The notes beneath the pieces are model-generated. The model was given only the letters and a program-made list of their open reading frames with translations. It was not told the DNA's origin and did not search any database. This document shows, one piece after another, positions 25,246 through 38,200 of a stretch of 64,000 nucleotides of DNA; position 1 is the first letter of the stretch; every line of letters begins with the position of its first letter. The stretch is taken from NCBI GenBank assembly GCA_040954595.2, contig CM082581.2:2162699-2226698 (forward strand), written 5' to 3'. This stretch comes from Balanoglossus misakiensis. Lineage: Eukaryota; Animalia; Hemichordata. Position numbers and translations under genes: made by a program.

Positions 25246-26820
25246 AGAAAAAATCCTTGTCGCCCTGGTCAAAAAATTGGCTTATACTAAAACATCAAAT
25301 CGGTTATCTCTCAAAGCTAAAAGGGTTATCACCAAACAGATTACAATGCCTAAGTTAAAATGTTTAAGACATTTTCTTTAGTTGTGGTTTTGGTTTTATC
25401 GGTTTTCCCAATAAAAATTAGGATAATTTTTTAAGTATGCCAACGGAGAGGTGGAAATCTCACCAGAAAAGCGAAAATACACCAACCACGTTTAAACCGT
25501 AAAATTAAAAAAAAAACACCTGCAAACACCGAGGTGACTCATATAAAAACCTCAAAGAACGTATGGAGTTATGTATGGAAAAATACCGTGGTTTCCTGAC
25601 CTTCCGCTAAACAAAGACTATACGTATGGAACTATCGTTCCGTCCACCAGCAAAGAGACTTTCCAGAGAAAAACGTTCTACCCGTACCTTATGTCGCCAT
25701 AGTGACGTGCCATTTTGCCACAACCGTTCGACAGTATGGTCGACTATTTTGACACTAAACATCCTGCAGCGCTGCCATCCTTTTCAATCTCACAAACTGG
25801 CCCTACGTGCGCTTAGGCAAGAGGCCTAGCAATAAAATTCTCACAAAATATAACCCTATAAATATGACTAGACTTTCTCGATTATGACTTCCTGGTCTCC
25901 TGATTCGGGAGCCAGCGCAGCCATACCCAGAATAGCCGAGAGGCTAGCTGCACGCCCGTAGCTCGGAATTGTTTCTGGAATTAAACCTACTTCTGTTCAA
26001 CTACAAGGTGTTGTACGGATAGCTGCAAGTCACCCAATACCAGACAAAACAATCGAGTGACGGTAACATAGCTAAATAGGCTATTGTACTAAAAGCAATG
26101 ATTCGATTATGAGCCTACCGAAAAGACGTCTTGATCCCGCGGCAAGTAGAAGGAAAGTGGTCGAAACCCGGCGTCGCACACCGGAAACGGATCAATGATC
26201 ACCTGTTGTTATGGTGAGTAGAACGTGTTACCCAATCACAGACCAAAGTTAGCATTACGACACACTAATGAATATGCATACATGCTACAGCTGCATATTT
26301 TATTTCTTTAGAACGCTCTGGAACATGCTCGCATTCGAAAGAGTATCTCATTTGCTTTTTGAGTGTGAGTGCCTCATTGTCTACACAATAAAATCGGGGG
26401 GGGGGGGGCACAGTGGGTAATTTCTACCACAGCCACGCATTTCAAACCAGGCAAGCGAACTGCAAACTTCCGATGTCTGAGCAACGGGTTTGATGTGCCT
26501 TGTGTTGTGAACACTTATTCGACTTCGAGGAAACAGAGCTATAATACTTCCTAATGTGTTTCTCTTTCTGTGTCATTTTGGTCAGTCAGACCACGATACC
26601 CGAGATCGTAAACTGCTTGGGTTAGGTCGCTTAGGAGGCTGCAACTGCGGCCACAGGTCATGTCGGTGTGTGTTGTAAACAAACATGGTAAATGCCTCCC
26701 GCACAGCAACACGCTCGCTCTACCAGCAGTCACTGTGCTCTACCGTACTGTCGATCGTTTCCATGTCAGTTTCACGTTGGCTCGTTATAATGTCCCTATG
26801 CTTATCGTAATCTCGGGATC

Positions 26821-27316
26821 GTAATTATTATTTTATTATTATTATGATTATTATATCTTTATTTCAGACACAACCGTCCATAGAAATAGGTTACAAAAAC
26901 TGACAAAAACACTAGAAAAGTAATAAATAAAATAAATGTAAAAAATATAATAGTTTTAAGAATCAATGTAAAATGTCAATCCAGTGGGTATGTAGTCCAT
27001 AAAAGCGCATATCTCATGAGACAAGACGATTGATCAAAACATTGGGACTAGTACAGAGACGAACAGAAAAATTAAAAGCGACTTTTCTTCTCATGACGGA
27101 GAAGCAGTTTACGGCGTTTAGAACAAATATTTTAGAGGCACTTTCGTGTCCGGGTGACCAAGAAGTCTTCGAAGTGCATTGTTGTGACATACGATGATAT
27201 TCCGGATATTATAATCGCACCATAAATGAAAGTCATAAATGTTATTACAAAAAGCATTAAATAAACGCAATTTCACATCGACAGAACACGAATTGAACTT
27301 TCTCAGGAGAAAATTA
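26821..27316 (-). mobile_element. 5'-truncated LINE: ORF2 C-terminus, 3' UTR and (TAA)n tail; clade uncertain, possibly RTE-X
   Basis: Minus translation NFLLRKFNSCSVDVKLRLFNAFCNNIYDFHLWCDYNIRNIIVCHNNALRRLLGHP, frameshift, ESASKIFVLNAVNCFSVMRRK resembles the post-RT region of non-LTR elements. TAA-repeat tail at 26821-26853. Confidence 0.75.
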
Positions 27317-28289
27317 GGCCTAGCCCTTCCACATGTTATGTATTCGTGTTATGATAGTCCCACTGATCTGACAACACGCTCGCTTTTATTGTGGCCTTTT
27401 GTCCCGTTCGCCAGCACTGTGTATAGGCCTGCGTTTTCCGTTAACAGACTATCCCGTTCGCCAACTTTACTGAACTGCAAATTGAAGAATCGGTTTGCAG
27501 CTAGGACGAAACGGCCGGGGTCGCGTACATTAAAGGCCGAACCAATAAGAATAAGTGCCGTAACGACTTGTTACCGACTGGGACGGCTACGAGCCAAGAG
27601 CATATTGCAGCTCAGTGTGGCAGGGCCGGTGGTGTGTCTTACGGGCGATGTCTCCACACACTGTACTGCTCTGTTTGATAAGAGTGTCCAAGCTTCGGAC
27701 CACGGTCATGTTCGGACTTATGTCTTAACTTTGCTTTGTAAACACATTACCAACGTACAACCCCTCCATGTTTGCAGAGAAATTAGATGAAGTCACATGG
27801 CGGAGTTCTCATCCTATCGGGATGCGTTTATCTCTGAATCGGCTGCTTTTCCATCGTCGAGTTTGATTTCATGTCCGATTCATAGTCGAGTTTTATGATG
27901 ATCCCTGATTGATATATATTTTTTTCGGGCGCGCCGGGGGGGGGGGGGGGGTTCCATGGGATTGATAATTCGAGGCAGGAGAAGAAATATGTCGACAGCG
28001 CAAATTGCCATTTTCTCGCTTTGTTTCGTCGATTTTGACAACTTCGCTCTGCATTGGTCGAGTGGTCTTAAATTTTACCCATCTAACAAAACAACTTTGT
28101 AGTCTATAAAGTGCTCCCAGCTGGAATAAACGTCGATTCAATTCGATTCATCATGAATTTGATCAAATTTTCTAAAAAACTCACTTGCGGGCGCTGCTCT
28201 CAATGAAAGCAGGTAACGTAACACAAACTGGTCGTTTTTTCATACTTGTGCTATATTAAAGTAGGAAGCGTGGCCAACGTTTGGACTTA

Positions 28290-28930
28290 ATTTGTTGTTA
28301 TTGACCTAATACCACACGAGCTGATATGACCTAATTTCAAAAAACTGTCCCAAAACTGCCAAACTCAAATATTCAAACATCACCATAATTGTACAATATC
28401 TTACATCAATCAGTATAAGGAACATGCTTACCGAAGTTCAAAGCAATCTAACAAGTGGTTTCAAGGACAAAAACTTCTGATGAAAAATTGCAACAGTTAG
28501 GCCCTACCTCAAGAACATAAATATGCACATTTCAGCAAAAATTTAACACAACTCACAATTGCTTAACCCTGAAAACATGCCTACCAATTTTCAAAGCAAT
28601 CTGACAAGCGATTTCCGAGAAAACGAATTTTGACCAAAAATTGCAAAATTTGGCCCATAATTACAAATACGCAAACTTAGCAACAATTTGAAAAAAAAAA
28701 CAAAGATCACCTATAGGAAGCTTTATAATTATACTGAAATTTTTTTAGAGAAATCGACCAATCACTTTCATAGAAGATGTGGAAAAAATGACAAAAGTCA
28801 TAAAAAGTAGAAAATTCACGATATAAGGTCAAAACTTATAGAGCTCTGTGATGTTGGCAGAAGATATATGCATACCAATTTTCAAAGAAATCTGACCAGT
28901 AGTTTTCAGCTAATGTGTCCGAGATCAGAC
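28290..28930 (+). repeat. Interspersed repeat fragment, same family as 24780-25245
   Basis: Three TTCAAAG(C/A)AATCT(A/G)AC subrepeats and TTTTGACCAAAAAT. Confidence 0.6.
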
Positions 28931-31900
28931 AAAAACAGAGAACAGAACAGCCAAAGTGAGAGAACAGAATAGCCAAAACTATCACCAGCGCTTAACTCCA
29001 CATCTGAAAGCAAACCATTTGTTAGAGCGATATTCAGGTCCTAAGAAAACCCAAACTTCAATCAGACAGAACATACTGGTAATCACAATTGCCTTCTGAT
29101 TGGAATCTGTGCAGGAAAAGCAACAACAAATACTGATCCTCACCTGAAATCAAAGAGACAGACAAAAGCACTCATTTTATCAGAATATTTATTTTAAGTA
29201 TGCAAAAATCCTAACATGATATATCTGTCTACTTATTTATCATGATAGGAAAATTGTTGGAATAAAAATATCAAAGATATTCCTTCCTAATGCTGCATAT
29301 AATATTTACATACTCTGGCAGTCTTGTAAATACAATGAAATGTTAGTCAAAAGCTCTTCTTAAGAACTGAGTAATTCTCAGTACAAAAAGCAATATGTGG
29401 AAAATACCAACTTAGCATCTTATGCAAAATCAACAAAATTGAGGAATGGTGTCCCCCCCCCCCCCTCCCCTTCAGCACTATACATGATTCAACAGCCTCA
29501 GAGGGTCATTCTTCACACACACATAAAATGAATGGCTGATTACATGAAATATTTTCGAAAGTCAGTAAGTGGTCATGAAAGGCTCTTGTTTTTGTTAAAA
29601 TAAAAAAATGTTAGGAAATTCAAGAAAAGTAAAAAGCAATGTATGTGAATATTGATATTAAAAACATGTGATTTTAATTGTTTGGCTACTATGGTCACTG
29701 GATAGAAGAGATTAGGACTCGTTAATGACTTTATTTGCATTTGAATAGTGAACTTTCCTTTTGACGTTGAACCCCCTAGCTGGACGAGAAAATGATCTAA
29801 ATGTATCATGAACGTTTATTTTGTTGATACCATTCATTAATTTACCTTTTTAGGCATATATAAATGCATTATATCTCGATTGTAATTTGAGTGCATTTCG
29901 AGTCTATTAAAGTAGTTTTCGTCGTACGAGGTCTCCTTCACTCCAGTCACTTCCTTATAACAGACTATATTTCTTCACATGCATCTAATAGTTTGATTCT
30001 AACATACTTGTCACGGGTGTCGCCGTTCACCACAAAACACACCAACATGGTTTAAAGGTTTCACAAGACATAGGCCTATAACATTTCTTAACTGAAATTG
30101 AACAGGGACATCATCAGTTCATATGTGTGGCCGGTCTGGCTACACAGGTGAACTGCTAAATTACGCACATGTATGGGAGTTCACCTACAGCAGAATACAC
30201 AAAAATTCATGCAAGTGAAAAATACAGAAGTACAATTGAAGACTTGACGCAAGTTCAGACACCAATTACTTGTGCTAAAATGAGCCAGTAGAATGCACCT
30301 ATATAAAAATGCTTCAAGCTACAGGTAAAGTACAAGGAAAACTAACCTGAAATTGAACATAGACATCTTCAGTTCATACATGTGGCCGGTCTGGATACAG
30401 AGGTGAACTGACTAAGTATATGCATGGTGTCCTTTTATATCAGCAATCTACACTATGGTGGCGCATTACCTTGAGTTCATTAGTCAAATGAAACATCCTG
30501 GTGGTTTGCATATAATTGAGATCATCAAATAGACTGTAAGTTCTATCATTACTAGAAAGGTGTTCTCATGAATAAATGATTAAATGATGACTGCAAAGAA
30601 TACAGGTGTTACATACATACATATATTACATATATATTCAAGTGAACGAATGGTTCGGTCCAAATCCATTGTTTCCTGCTGGAAAGTTGGATGTCTACAC
30701 AGGGAATTGGGTGAAAGGTGAGAGTGCTAAGAAAAAAGGCTGATGGTAATTTTCCATTTTTATCTAAATTGAATACATGTGTGGGCTTAATCTTTCCCAA
30801 TAATGCTGACACACAAAAAGTTCATTGTTTTACCAAACTTTCCTTGAGAGTCGAATGAAGGCACTTGATATTAGCACAGAGACTGATTTTTTCCACACAC
30901 CACTTTTCTCTTTTCATAGAGCTCCATTCAAATTTTGTACACAACAATGTAATAACATTGTCACTACCCAAGCCTAACTTTCAAATTACAATGTGACATT
31001 TCAAAACACTGTTAGACTCCCCAATGAACCATTAACTCTGGATCAGCATCCCTTCAAATTAGTGATAGCCCTGGGGTGAGTTTCGTTAATTTTGTTATAA
31101 TGGTGTTATTTAATTGTTTGGCTGTAACACAAATTACTACATGGAAGTATAAACATGTTATGTCCACACATATGCTGTAGGTTCAGCTTCAATTCAATTT
31201 TCAGCAATCAGATCATAACAAATTATTCCAAAAAAAATGAACATCAAGAGCTGGTGACTTTGTGGCTTTCACATGATAAATATAAACGTGTGAACATTGC
31301 CCCATGCTAGAGTGTGATATTAACACGTCTCAAACAACCTACAATTCTCTGTATATAATGAAACACATTCATTATAGCTGGATTAGTTGGTTCACAGGTA
31401 ATCTGTAACCAGATAGGCTGACCTGAGCAATCCATGTTTTTGCAAGTGTTTTATTGTCACTGTCATAGTGTGACTTCTTTGGTGTAATGCTCCACTGAAC
31501 ACAAGAGTATTAAAATTGGACAGATAAATGACCAATAACACAAAGTCTGTGATTGGGTAATACAAATGATAAGTACACAACTGGAAGATCTGTCACTCAA
31601 AGTTTTGTCTATTGCTCTTTTCCCTGAGGGAGAAATAGAGAGCAATTTTAGAGATACGTTCTTCAGTTTAATGATCAGGCATTAATGAAATATTAGTCTA
31701 GTATATAGCTGTATTTTGTCAGCTTTGCTTCCAAAAACTATGCATGCCACTGCCCCAATAAAGCACGATACCCCTTGCTGGGAATTGTGATGTAATTAAT
31801 ATCACTTTGAAGTCAATCACAGACTTTTTTTTCCATTGATTGGTCAAAGGATACATGTGTTGTTAAGGATGAGTACCATTTTGACTTTAGATTAGCCTTG

Positions 31901-32068
31901 CCTTCACTGTATCTTTACACACAATCACCATTGATCAGTTTATGTGCGTGACTTCAAGGGGGATGCTAGTTACATCACAATTCCCAGCAAGGGCTATCAG
32001 GTTTTATTGGGCCAGTGGCATGCATGACTCTAAATGTTCGTTTTGGAAGCAGAAAAAATGGGTATATA

Positions 32069-32276
32069 CTGTAAAACATGAAATTTTCCCAACAGGAAAT
32101 TTTCGCAATATCAAAAGTGGCGACTGTTATGTAATGATTAATTTTCACATTCTCGAATTTCAAATCATCATTATTTCAGAAAAACATTTTTTTTGCGACT
32201 TTTTAGTTTTCAGGTTATTTTGGCTCTTGCATGATTCATGCAAATTTATCGCTCGTGAAAATTTCCTGTTTTACAG
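32069..32276. mobile_element. MITE, Tc1/mariner-type with TA target duplication
   Basis: TA|CTGTAAAACATGAAATTTTC ... GAAAATTTCCTGTTTTACAG|TA. Confidence 0.85.
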
Positions 32277-32564
32277 TACATCCTAAGTATCTTTTTTTCA
32301 CACCAGAAGACAATGCATAGTTGCTTTGTGTATGGCAGACTTTGTATTACGATAGACACTGACAACCAGTTACATCTGTCTCGCATACAAATATGGTCAT
32401 ATTGAAATAAGGTATTACGATGGAAACAAAGTAAAGCTAATGCAAGAATTAGTACAGAACAAGTCTATTCTGTTACTACACTGGAATAACCATTCTGTGT
32501 TATTTGATCTGTTTAATTAAAGTCTACAGTCTCGTGTTCATTATAGTCAGTTTCCTGTATGAAT

Positions 32565-32849
32565 TTATTGATTCAGAATATCAAAAAGACTCATGTCATC
32601 AGCCAGCAGACTACTACTTGATTGTTGCTGTGTTTGTTGCATGCTGGGTGCCAAGCCCATCTGAGGTACCTGTGGTCGCGGCCGTGGCTGTTGTCCTAGT
32701 AACAGCTGTTGTTGTTGTTGTGATTGCTGTTGTTGTAAGAACTGCTGTTGTTGTTGCCATGTTTGTTGTGTTGCTGCTGGTTGTTGTTGTTGTGGTGGTG
32801 GTGGTGGAATGGTTGCTTGTGTACCGCTAGCTTGTTGTTTTTGTTGTTG
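32565..32849 (-). CDS. Terminal coding exon of a Gln/Pro-rich protein resembling the C-terminus of Mediator subunit MED25
   Basis: Acceptor TTTGTTTGCATTCAACAG, then 95 open codons QQQKQQASGTQATIPPPPPQQQQ...QQQSSSSLLADDMSLFDILNQ*. The acidic-hydrophobic tail recalls the MED25 end (EDDILMDLI in human, from memory). Absent from the ORF track because it has no ATG. Confidence 0.6.
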   Translation of the reverse strand, partial: QQQKQQASGTQATIPPPPPQQQQPAATQQTWQQQQQFLQQQQSQQQQQLLLGQQPRPRPQVPQMGLAPSMQQTQQQSSSSLLADDMSLFDILNQ

Positions 32850-33994
32850 CTGTTGAATGCAAACAAAATGGTTTTCTTTTTAAAGTCACTTCACAGAAAG
32901 CGGCAATGTATCAGGAGACAGCTCTCTTTAACGTTCTTCACATTTGTCAATCAGACTGAAATTTAGGGAGGCATAAAGTAACTGTAATTTCGGGTATAGT
33001 CGTGTCGTGTCTACTATTTGATGGTTAATTTCAGGACCCCCATAGACCTAATTAATTATGTACACGCCTAATTCTAGGCTAACCAATAGATCTAGAAGTT
33101 TGGATTTTGTAGGACATAAATCAGTTTAGGATCAAAACTTTTTGACAAAATTTCTGGTATCCACAGCAGATAATCCTTGGCATTCTGTAGAAACCCTGGG
33201 AATCGCTTGGGCCCAGTGAACACTGCTTTCAGCTTTAATTCACCATGTAATCAGATGCAGACATTTTGAAAACAATGTGATTTAAATTCTAAGCAGACTT
33301 TTGTTAAAGGGTTATGATCGTCTAATGTGCATGTGCCAAAGCAGAGATTCTGGTTACAAAAACTTTATCAATGACACAATTCTGTCTATACAACAGACAA
33401 GATGGCGGCAACCATACTCTGTGTCGTAAATTAGGAAAAAAAACAGCAAATTGAGTGAAAAGAAGAGACAAAATGAAAGTCTTCTTTATATATATATATA
33501 TATGGTGGGAAAGAAATATGAAAGGAAGTGAAGGCAGTCCACTATTTGAATGCATGCACATAAAATTTGCAGATATTTGGATTTGATCTTATTTTGTACA
33601 CACAAAATTACACATATGTGCATAAGAGTAAGACGATTGTCTGCATTTAAAACTGTCTGACGGAGGTTATCATCAGTGCTTCCACACTGATACCATGGAA
33701 AAACTAGAAGAATTGAAAATAAGAATGAGACAAGATTTGTTGTATTCCTCTGTCTGTAATTTAGGTCTGCTTTGGGCAAATAGTGCTTTGAATTTATTCT
33801 GTGTGACTGTCAGGTCCCAAATACATTAAGATAATTTCGGGAATGGCACAGACCATGTTATTTGTAACATCAAGAAAGCTCCTTTTTTGAGAAAAATGAT
33901 TTTATTTTTCCCCACATAACAATTCCCAGGAGTGACACGGGTATCAGTCTTGGTTTTCAAAATATTCACTGTTCACATTATTGTGACAACTTAC

Positions 33995-34213
33995 TTGAAA
34001 GTGGTGTCTTAGTTGTTGATTTGTTGATTGTATATTGGATGGCTGTGCTTGCACTGCTTGTTGTTGTTGTTGGGCTATCTTTGTAATTGCTTTTGTTGTT
34101 GTCTTTGTGTTATGAGTTGATTTTGTCGTGCATGTTGATCTTGCTGATTCTTCAATTCAAGTTCTTATTTTCTGTGCCATCTCTAGATTCTCCTGCAGTG
34201 CTTGAATATTCCT
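33995..34213 (-). pseudogene. Damaged Gln-rich coiled-coil exon, MED25-like penultimate exon
   Basis: Splice sites TTTTAG| and |GTAAGT, 219 bp. Reads RNIQALQENLEMAQK / ELELKNQQDQHARQNQLITQRQQQKQLQ / IAQQQQQAVQAQPSNIQSTNQQLRHHFQ only after two compensating frameshifts; a stop occurs in the uncorrected frame. Confidence 0.6.
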
Positions 34214-34476
34214 CTAAAAGATCAAACAAAGAAAAGTGTAAACAGTCAATCATTGTCATGTGTCAATCTACCAACAGGTAACTGACTACAGGAGCTTCAG
34301 CCAATTTTCACTTGGGAGATTATTGAAATCAATTTAAAGCTCAGTAACTCCAACTTCGGGTTATTTTCTCAATATTTTTTTGGGGTATCAACTGTGGTTT
34401 CTTGTCCCACTTATCATGGAATTAATCATATTCAAATATTTGAAGGGATTAAAAAGTACATACTGTAAAACACTTT

Positions 34477-34812
34477 AGTGCCTTTCACACGTGCCATCAA
34501 CGCCGCCCCAGCAGCGGCCCTAGGGCGGCGTTAATTTGTAAGTGCCACGTGTGAAAAGGTGAGAGCGGCTTTTTTGGGGACGGTGTTGAGGGGTGGGACC
34601 TGGGTCGGGGCGCTGCACTAAACAGCGACTCAAATCACGTGTGAACATTGTGACCTTTAGTCACACTGCTGTGGACGCGCGTAGAGGGCGATGACCCTGT
34701 CCCTTTTATACACATGTGCATGCAAAAGTATTTGAGTCACTGATAAGAAATGTTTACCAAATTTTATAATCCCAAAAAGGGCGCCCTAACAATGGCACGT
34801 GTGCAAGCGGCT
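34477..34812. mobile_element. GC-rich MITE, PIF/Harbinger-like, nested in a decayed TACTGTAAAA-type MITE starting at 34461
   Basis: Imperfect TIR AGTGCCTTTCACACGTGCCAT / ATGGCACGTGTGCAAGCGGCT in a TTA-like site; the flanks rejoin as TACTGTAAAACACTTTAATTTTTCGCG. Confidence 0.55.
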
Positions 34813-35111
34813 TTAATTTTTCGCGAGCAATACATTTTCGCCAAATACGCAAGTGCCAAAATAGTGTAAAAATAAAGTGTCACGTAAATTTTTTTGAAGA
34901 TAACGATGCAGTGAATGAAATAAGTGAACGTGAAAATATATACTCGCGAAACAGTGGCCGCTCTCGATATAAGATCTGGAGTGCTGAGCAGTCTCTAACT
35001 ATGTGTACTGATTGGTTGCAATAGAATACATATCAATAAGCAGGCCTTCTCCGCCCGTCAAATAGTGTTTACCCATCGTACAAATTGCCAAAATGAAGAT
35101 ATATCCCAATA

Positions 35112-35287
35112 CAGTAAAACTCCAATTATCCGAACTGACAGGGGGACATTGATTTTGTTCGGATATGCAGACAGTTCGGTTATTCGGATAGCGATCCTAT
35201 ACAAAAGAACTGTTTGGGGGACATGACAGCAGTTTGGATAACCAAACAGTTCGGATAATTGGAGTTCGGATAATTGGAGTTTTACTG
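35112..35287. mobile_element. MITE, pogo/Tigger-type (CAGT termini, TA duplication)
   Basis: TA|CAGTAAAACTCCAATTATCCGAACT ... AGTTCGGATAATTGGAGTTTTACTG|TA, a perfect 25-bp TIR. Confidence 0.92.
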
Positions 35288-38200
35288 TATAGGTAATTTA
35301 ATGGCCTGGAAGGAACATTTTTAGTCAAAAAATAGTGCCATGCATGCAACAAGCAGGTGTGTAAAGTGTGTCACCCACCAAGCTCAAGGACGCATGAAAT
35401 AACAAAATAATAACAAAACCAAACAGATTACAGGTAATATTACATATTAAGTGACACGACTTGACAATAGCCAAGTCAGGTACAAAGTGCAGAAGTTTTA
35501 ATGGAGGGTTCCCATACTGATTTTATGTTCTGTGCATACATCTGTAAGTGTTGCATCAACTGAATTTTGCATCAGCAGAATTGTTGGCATGGTATATTGT
35601 AAGAAGTAAAACAGACACTTTATTTCTTTCAGGGTATTTCAACAGGACTTTGTTATATGACATCACATTTTTAAGTGTTTGATTACCATACTACATAAGG
35701 TTGAATGTATTTTGCAAACCTGATCAGTGAACACAGTGGGGTAAACCTCCATAGCTGCCAAAACGCACATTTTTTCATGAGTTTTCCTTTAAACTTGAAT
35801 TGATGCATATAAATAGGCTTATCAAAATTGATTGTGACGGTACTTTGCAATTCGAAAGTCAGCTGGATTAAAACGGTTCTACCGTTTTTATAGGGGTCCA
35901 GTTGACCTCCATGGTGAGTAAACAAGTATTGTGGTCATGATAGTTCCAGCAGTGCAAATGTTGTGTACACTTCATGATATTAAATATGTTGCTCGGTTGA
36001 CATAAAGGATTTATCCTTTGACAACCATGCTGCCTTTCAGATGGCCAGCCCAAGATAATAGTGGTGAATTTAAAATAGCTGCGAGAACTCCAAACATTTT
36101 CATACAAGTAATCCGTTTCCGGTTGACGACAAATTCATGCACATACAAGGTATGTCGCTTACAGGCATATAAGTTGAAACTTTAGGGATAATTATCATTT
36201 TTTTTCAAACTTTACTAGTATTAGTCCATGCAGATGTAGGCACTGAACTGTATACAAGTATTTTTAACCCTAAATATGAGTGCATTTGCAAGTTTTAACC
36301 AGATAAATAATAAAGCTTTGCCATAAAGAAATATGGCTGCCACCGTGGGAAATGCAAGAAACAATGAAAATGTTGCATTTCTGACTATTGAACTTCATAA
36401 ACAAAACATGATCTCCTCCACTAGAACTCATGCAAGTAAATGTACACCGCTGAGACATTAGATTTTCATTTTTCATTGCAAAATTGCACTTTTTAAAAAA
36501 TACAGGAATTTTAGATTTTCTTTCATTTTTGGCCTGTTTTGTCATACATAAGTGTTGATCTTGATATATTATGAAATGTCATTTAATAGACATAATTAAA
36601 ATCATATATAAGATTATTTAAAGCTTAATTTAAATGAATATTTCCTTTTTATGAAAAACTGACAATCTCGAGCAGGCAAACACTGAGACTGATTACAGTA
36701 TGTAGAGGATGGGGGCGCAAATTGCATCTGCATAAAGCAAGAAGAATGCTTCAACATAACTGACACATCTGTTTAAACAGCCAATAAATGGAAGGGGATA
36801 CTGCTCCCCCCCCCCCCTCTCTGAAGTCATATTACTTGATCAAGTTTCCGAAACTCTGAGTATACGAGTCAAAATGACAATTTGTGCTTAACGTTTGTTT
36901 TGGATCAGCATTTTTCTGGTATTGGAGATGGTTTCAATCACAGCCACTGGACAAAACTGGCCATGTTAATGTTTCCACAAAATCAACAGTCGATTCAAAC
37001 TGAGAAAATTTGGTCACTGGGAAAAATGTTAGTGATGTCAAAATGTTATGTTTTAGCACCTATTATCGGACTGAATGAGCGTGCTGCGTTTCATGCATTT
37101 ATGATGGTTGTCTGCAAAGACCATTGGAGCATGTTTGCCAACAGGACTGTGGTCGAATCTATACTGGTACGTGTTTGTGTAAATTGCCTATATAACAGTT
37201 GACCAGCAGGGGTAGACACCCTTTGGACAGGAATTTGAATTTTAAAGGCACACAAGCTGCAAATTTTGGGATAGTTATAATAATTTTATCAAACAATTGA
37301 AAAGAAAATAAATGTTTGCGTGTTGGTTGTTTACCATAACTAAAATTTTTGACATTTTCCTACGCGCTAAACAAAACTCTTTTTTTGTCCTTATCAGTAG
37401 CAGTGTGGCACCATTTCCTAGATAGACAGAAGCTCACCTCGTTGATAGCATTTGGGTGTATAACATTTCTCTGTTGTTGCTGGCTTATCTGTCAATAAGA
37501 TAGGTTACATTTATCTTTAAGGGATTCATAAGTGACTTTGACATAAGACATCTTAACCCTATGACCTTTCATACAATGAGCAGTTGCCAAATTAACTTTC
37601 TCTCTGAACATTAATGTGACCAATCCGGACCGGGCACTGTTCCATTCTACTACGCAAAACAACTCATCGCAAAAAAACCCAGGAAGGGAAATGCTGACAA
37701 AATCTACACCTATCAGTAAATTTCAGACATCAAATCTTGTAACTGCATTTATACAATTTATTTGAATAATGCCTTTGTGGTTATCTGATGTCAATTATTT
37801 AATTGAAGAGTTGTTGTGTTGGAGTTAACTTGTGTGAATTGCTTGCCTTTCATTCTGACAGTCAATTATATCTTGAGGAAGCAGCTCCCACTTCTAGATT
37901 GAAAATATGAATTATTTAAAATACATGTATATATATTTCTTTTCAATGTACAACACTATATCACAAGTCATCTTTTCACAAGAGGTGGGCCAAACCATAC
38001 AGGAAACTGTGAACAATCATTCAATGCTTTGATATTTGGACTGACAACACCACTCTTTGGCACAATATTCAATTTCAAACATTTTTGAATACTGTAAACG
38101 CATTGAATATCGCATGTATTAAATGTTGCTATTTTGCAATTGGGGCCAGTGAGTGAGCATTTAAATATAAGAATGCAAGGTTCTCAAAAAAAATAAAAGT

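Noticed and set aside
27239-27790. 183-aa plus-strand ORF
   Set aside because: Its start is antisense to a LINE fragment, and the rest shows no recognisable domain or splice structure.
32504-32830. Plus-strand Val-rich ORF that looks like a membrane protein
   Set aside because: It is the antisense shadow of the CAA/CAG-rich minus-strand exon, which has the splice acceptor and a sensible terminus.
33995-34213. Mucin-like Thr-rich reading of this exon
   Set aside because: The Thr runs are the shifted frame of CAA repeats; the Gln-rich reading is coherent with the next exon.
35683-37230. Several 80-106-aa ORFs that might be a decayed gene or upstream MED25 exons
   Set aside because: I could not recognise any domain in the frames I translated, and stops are frequent.
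37241-37520. TTAAAGGCACACAAGCTGC as a Kolobok-like left end
   Set aside because: No matching inverted end was found, so no element could be delimited.
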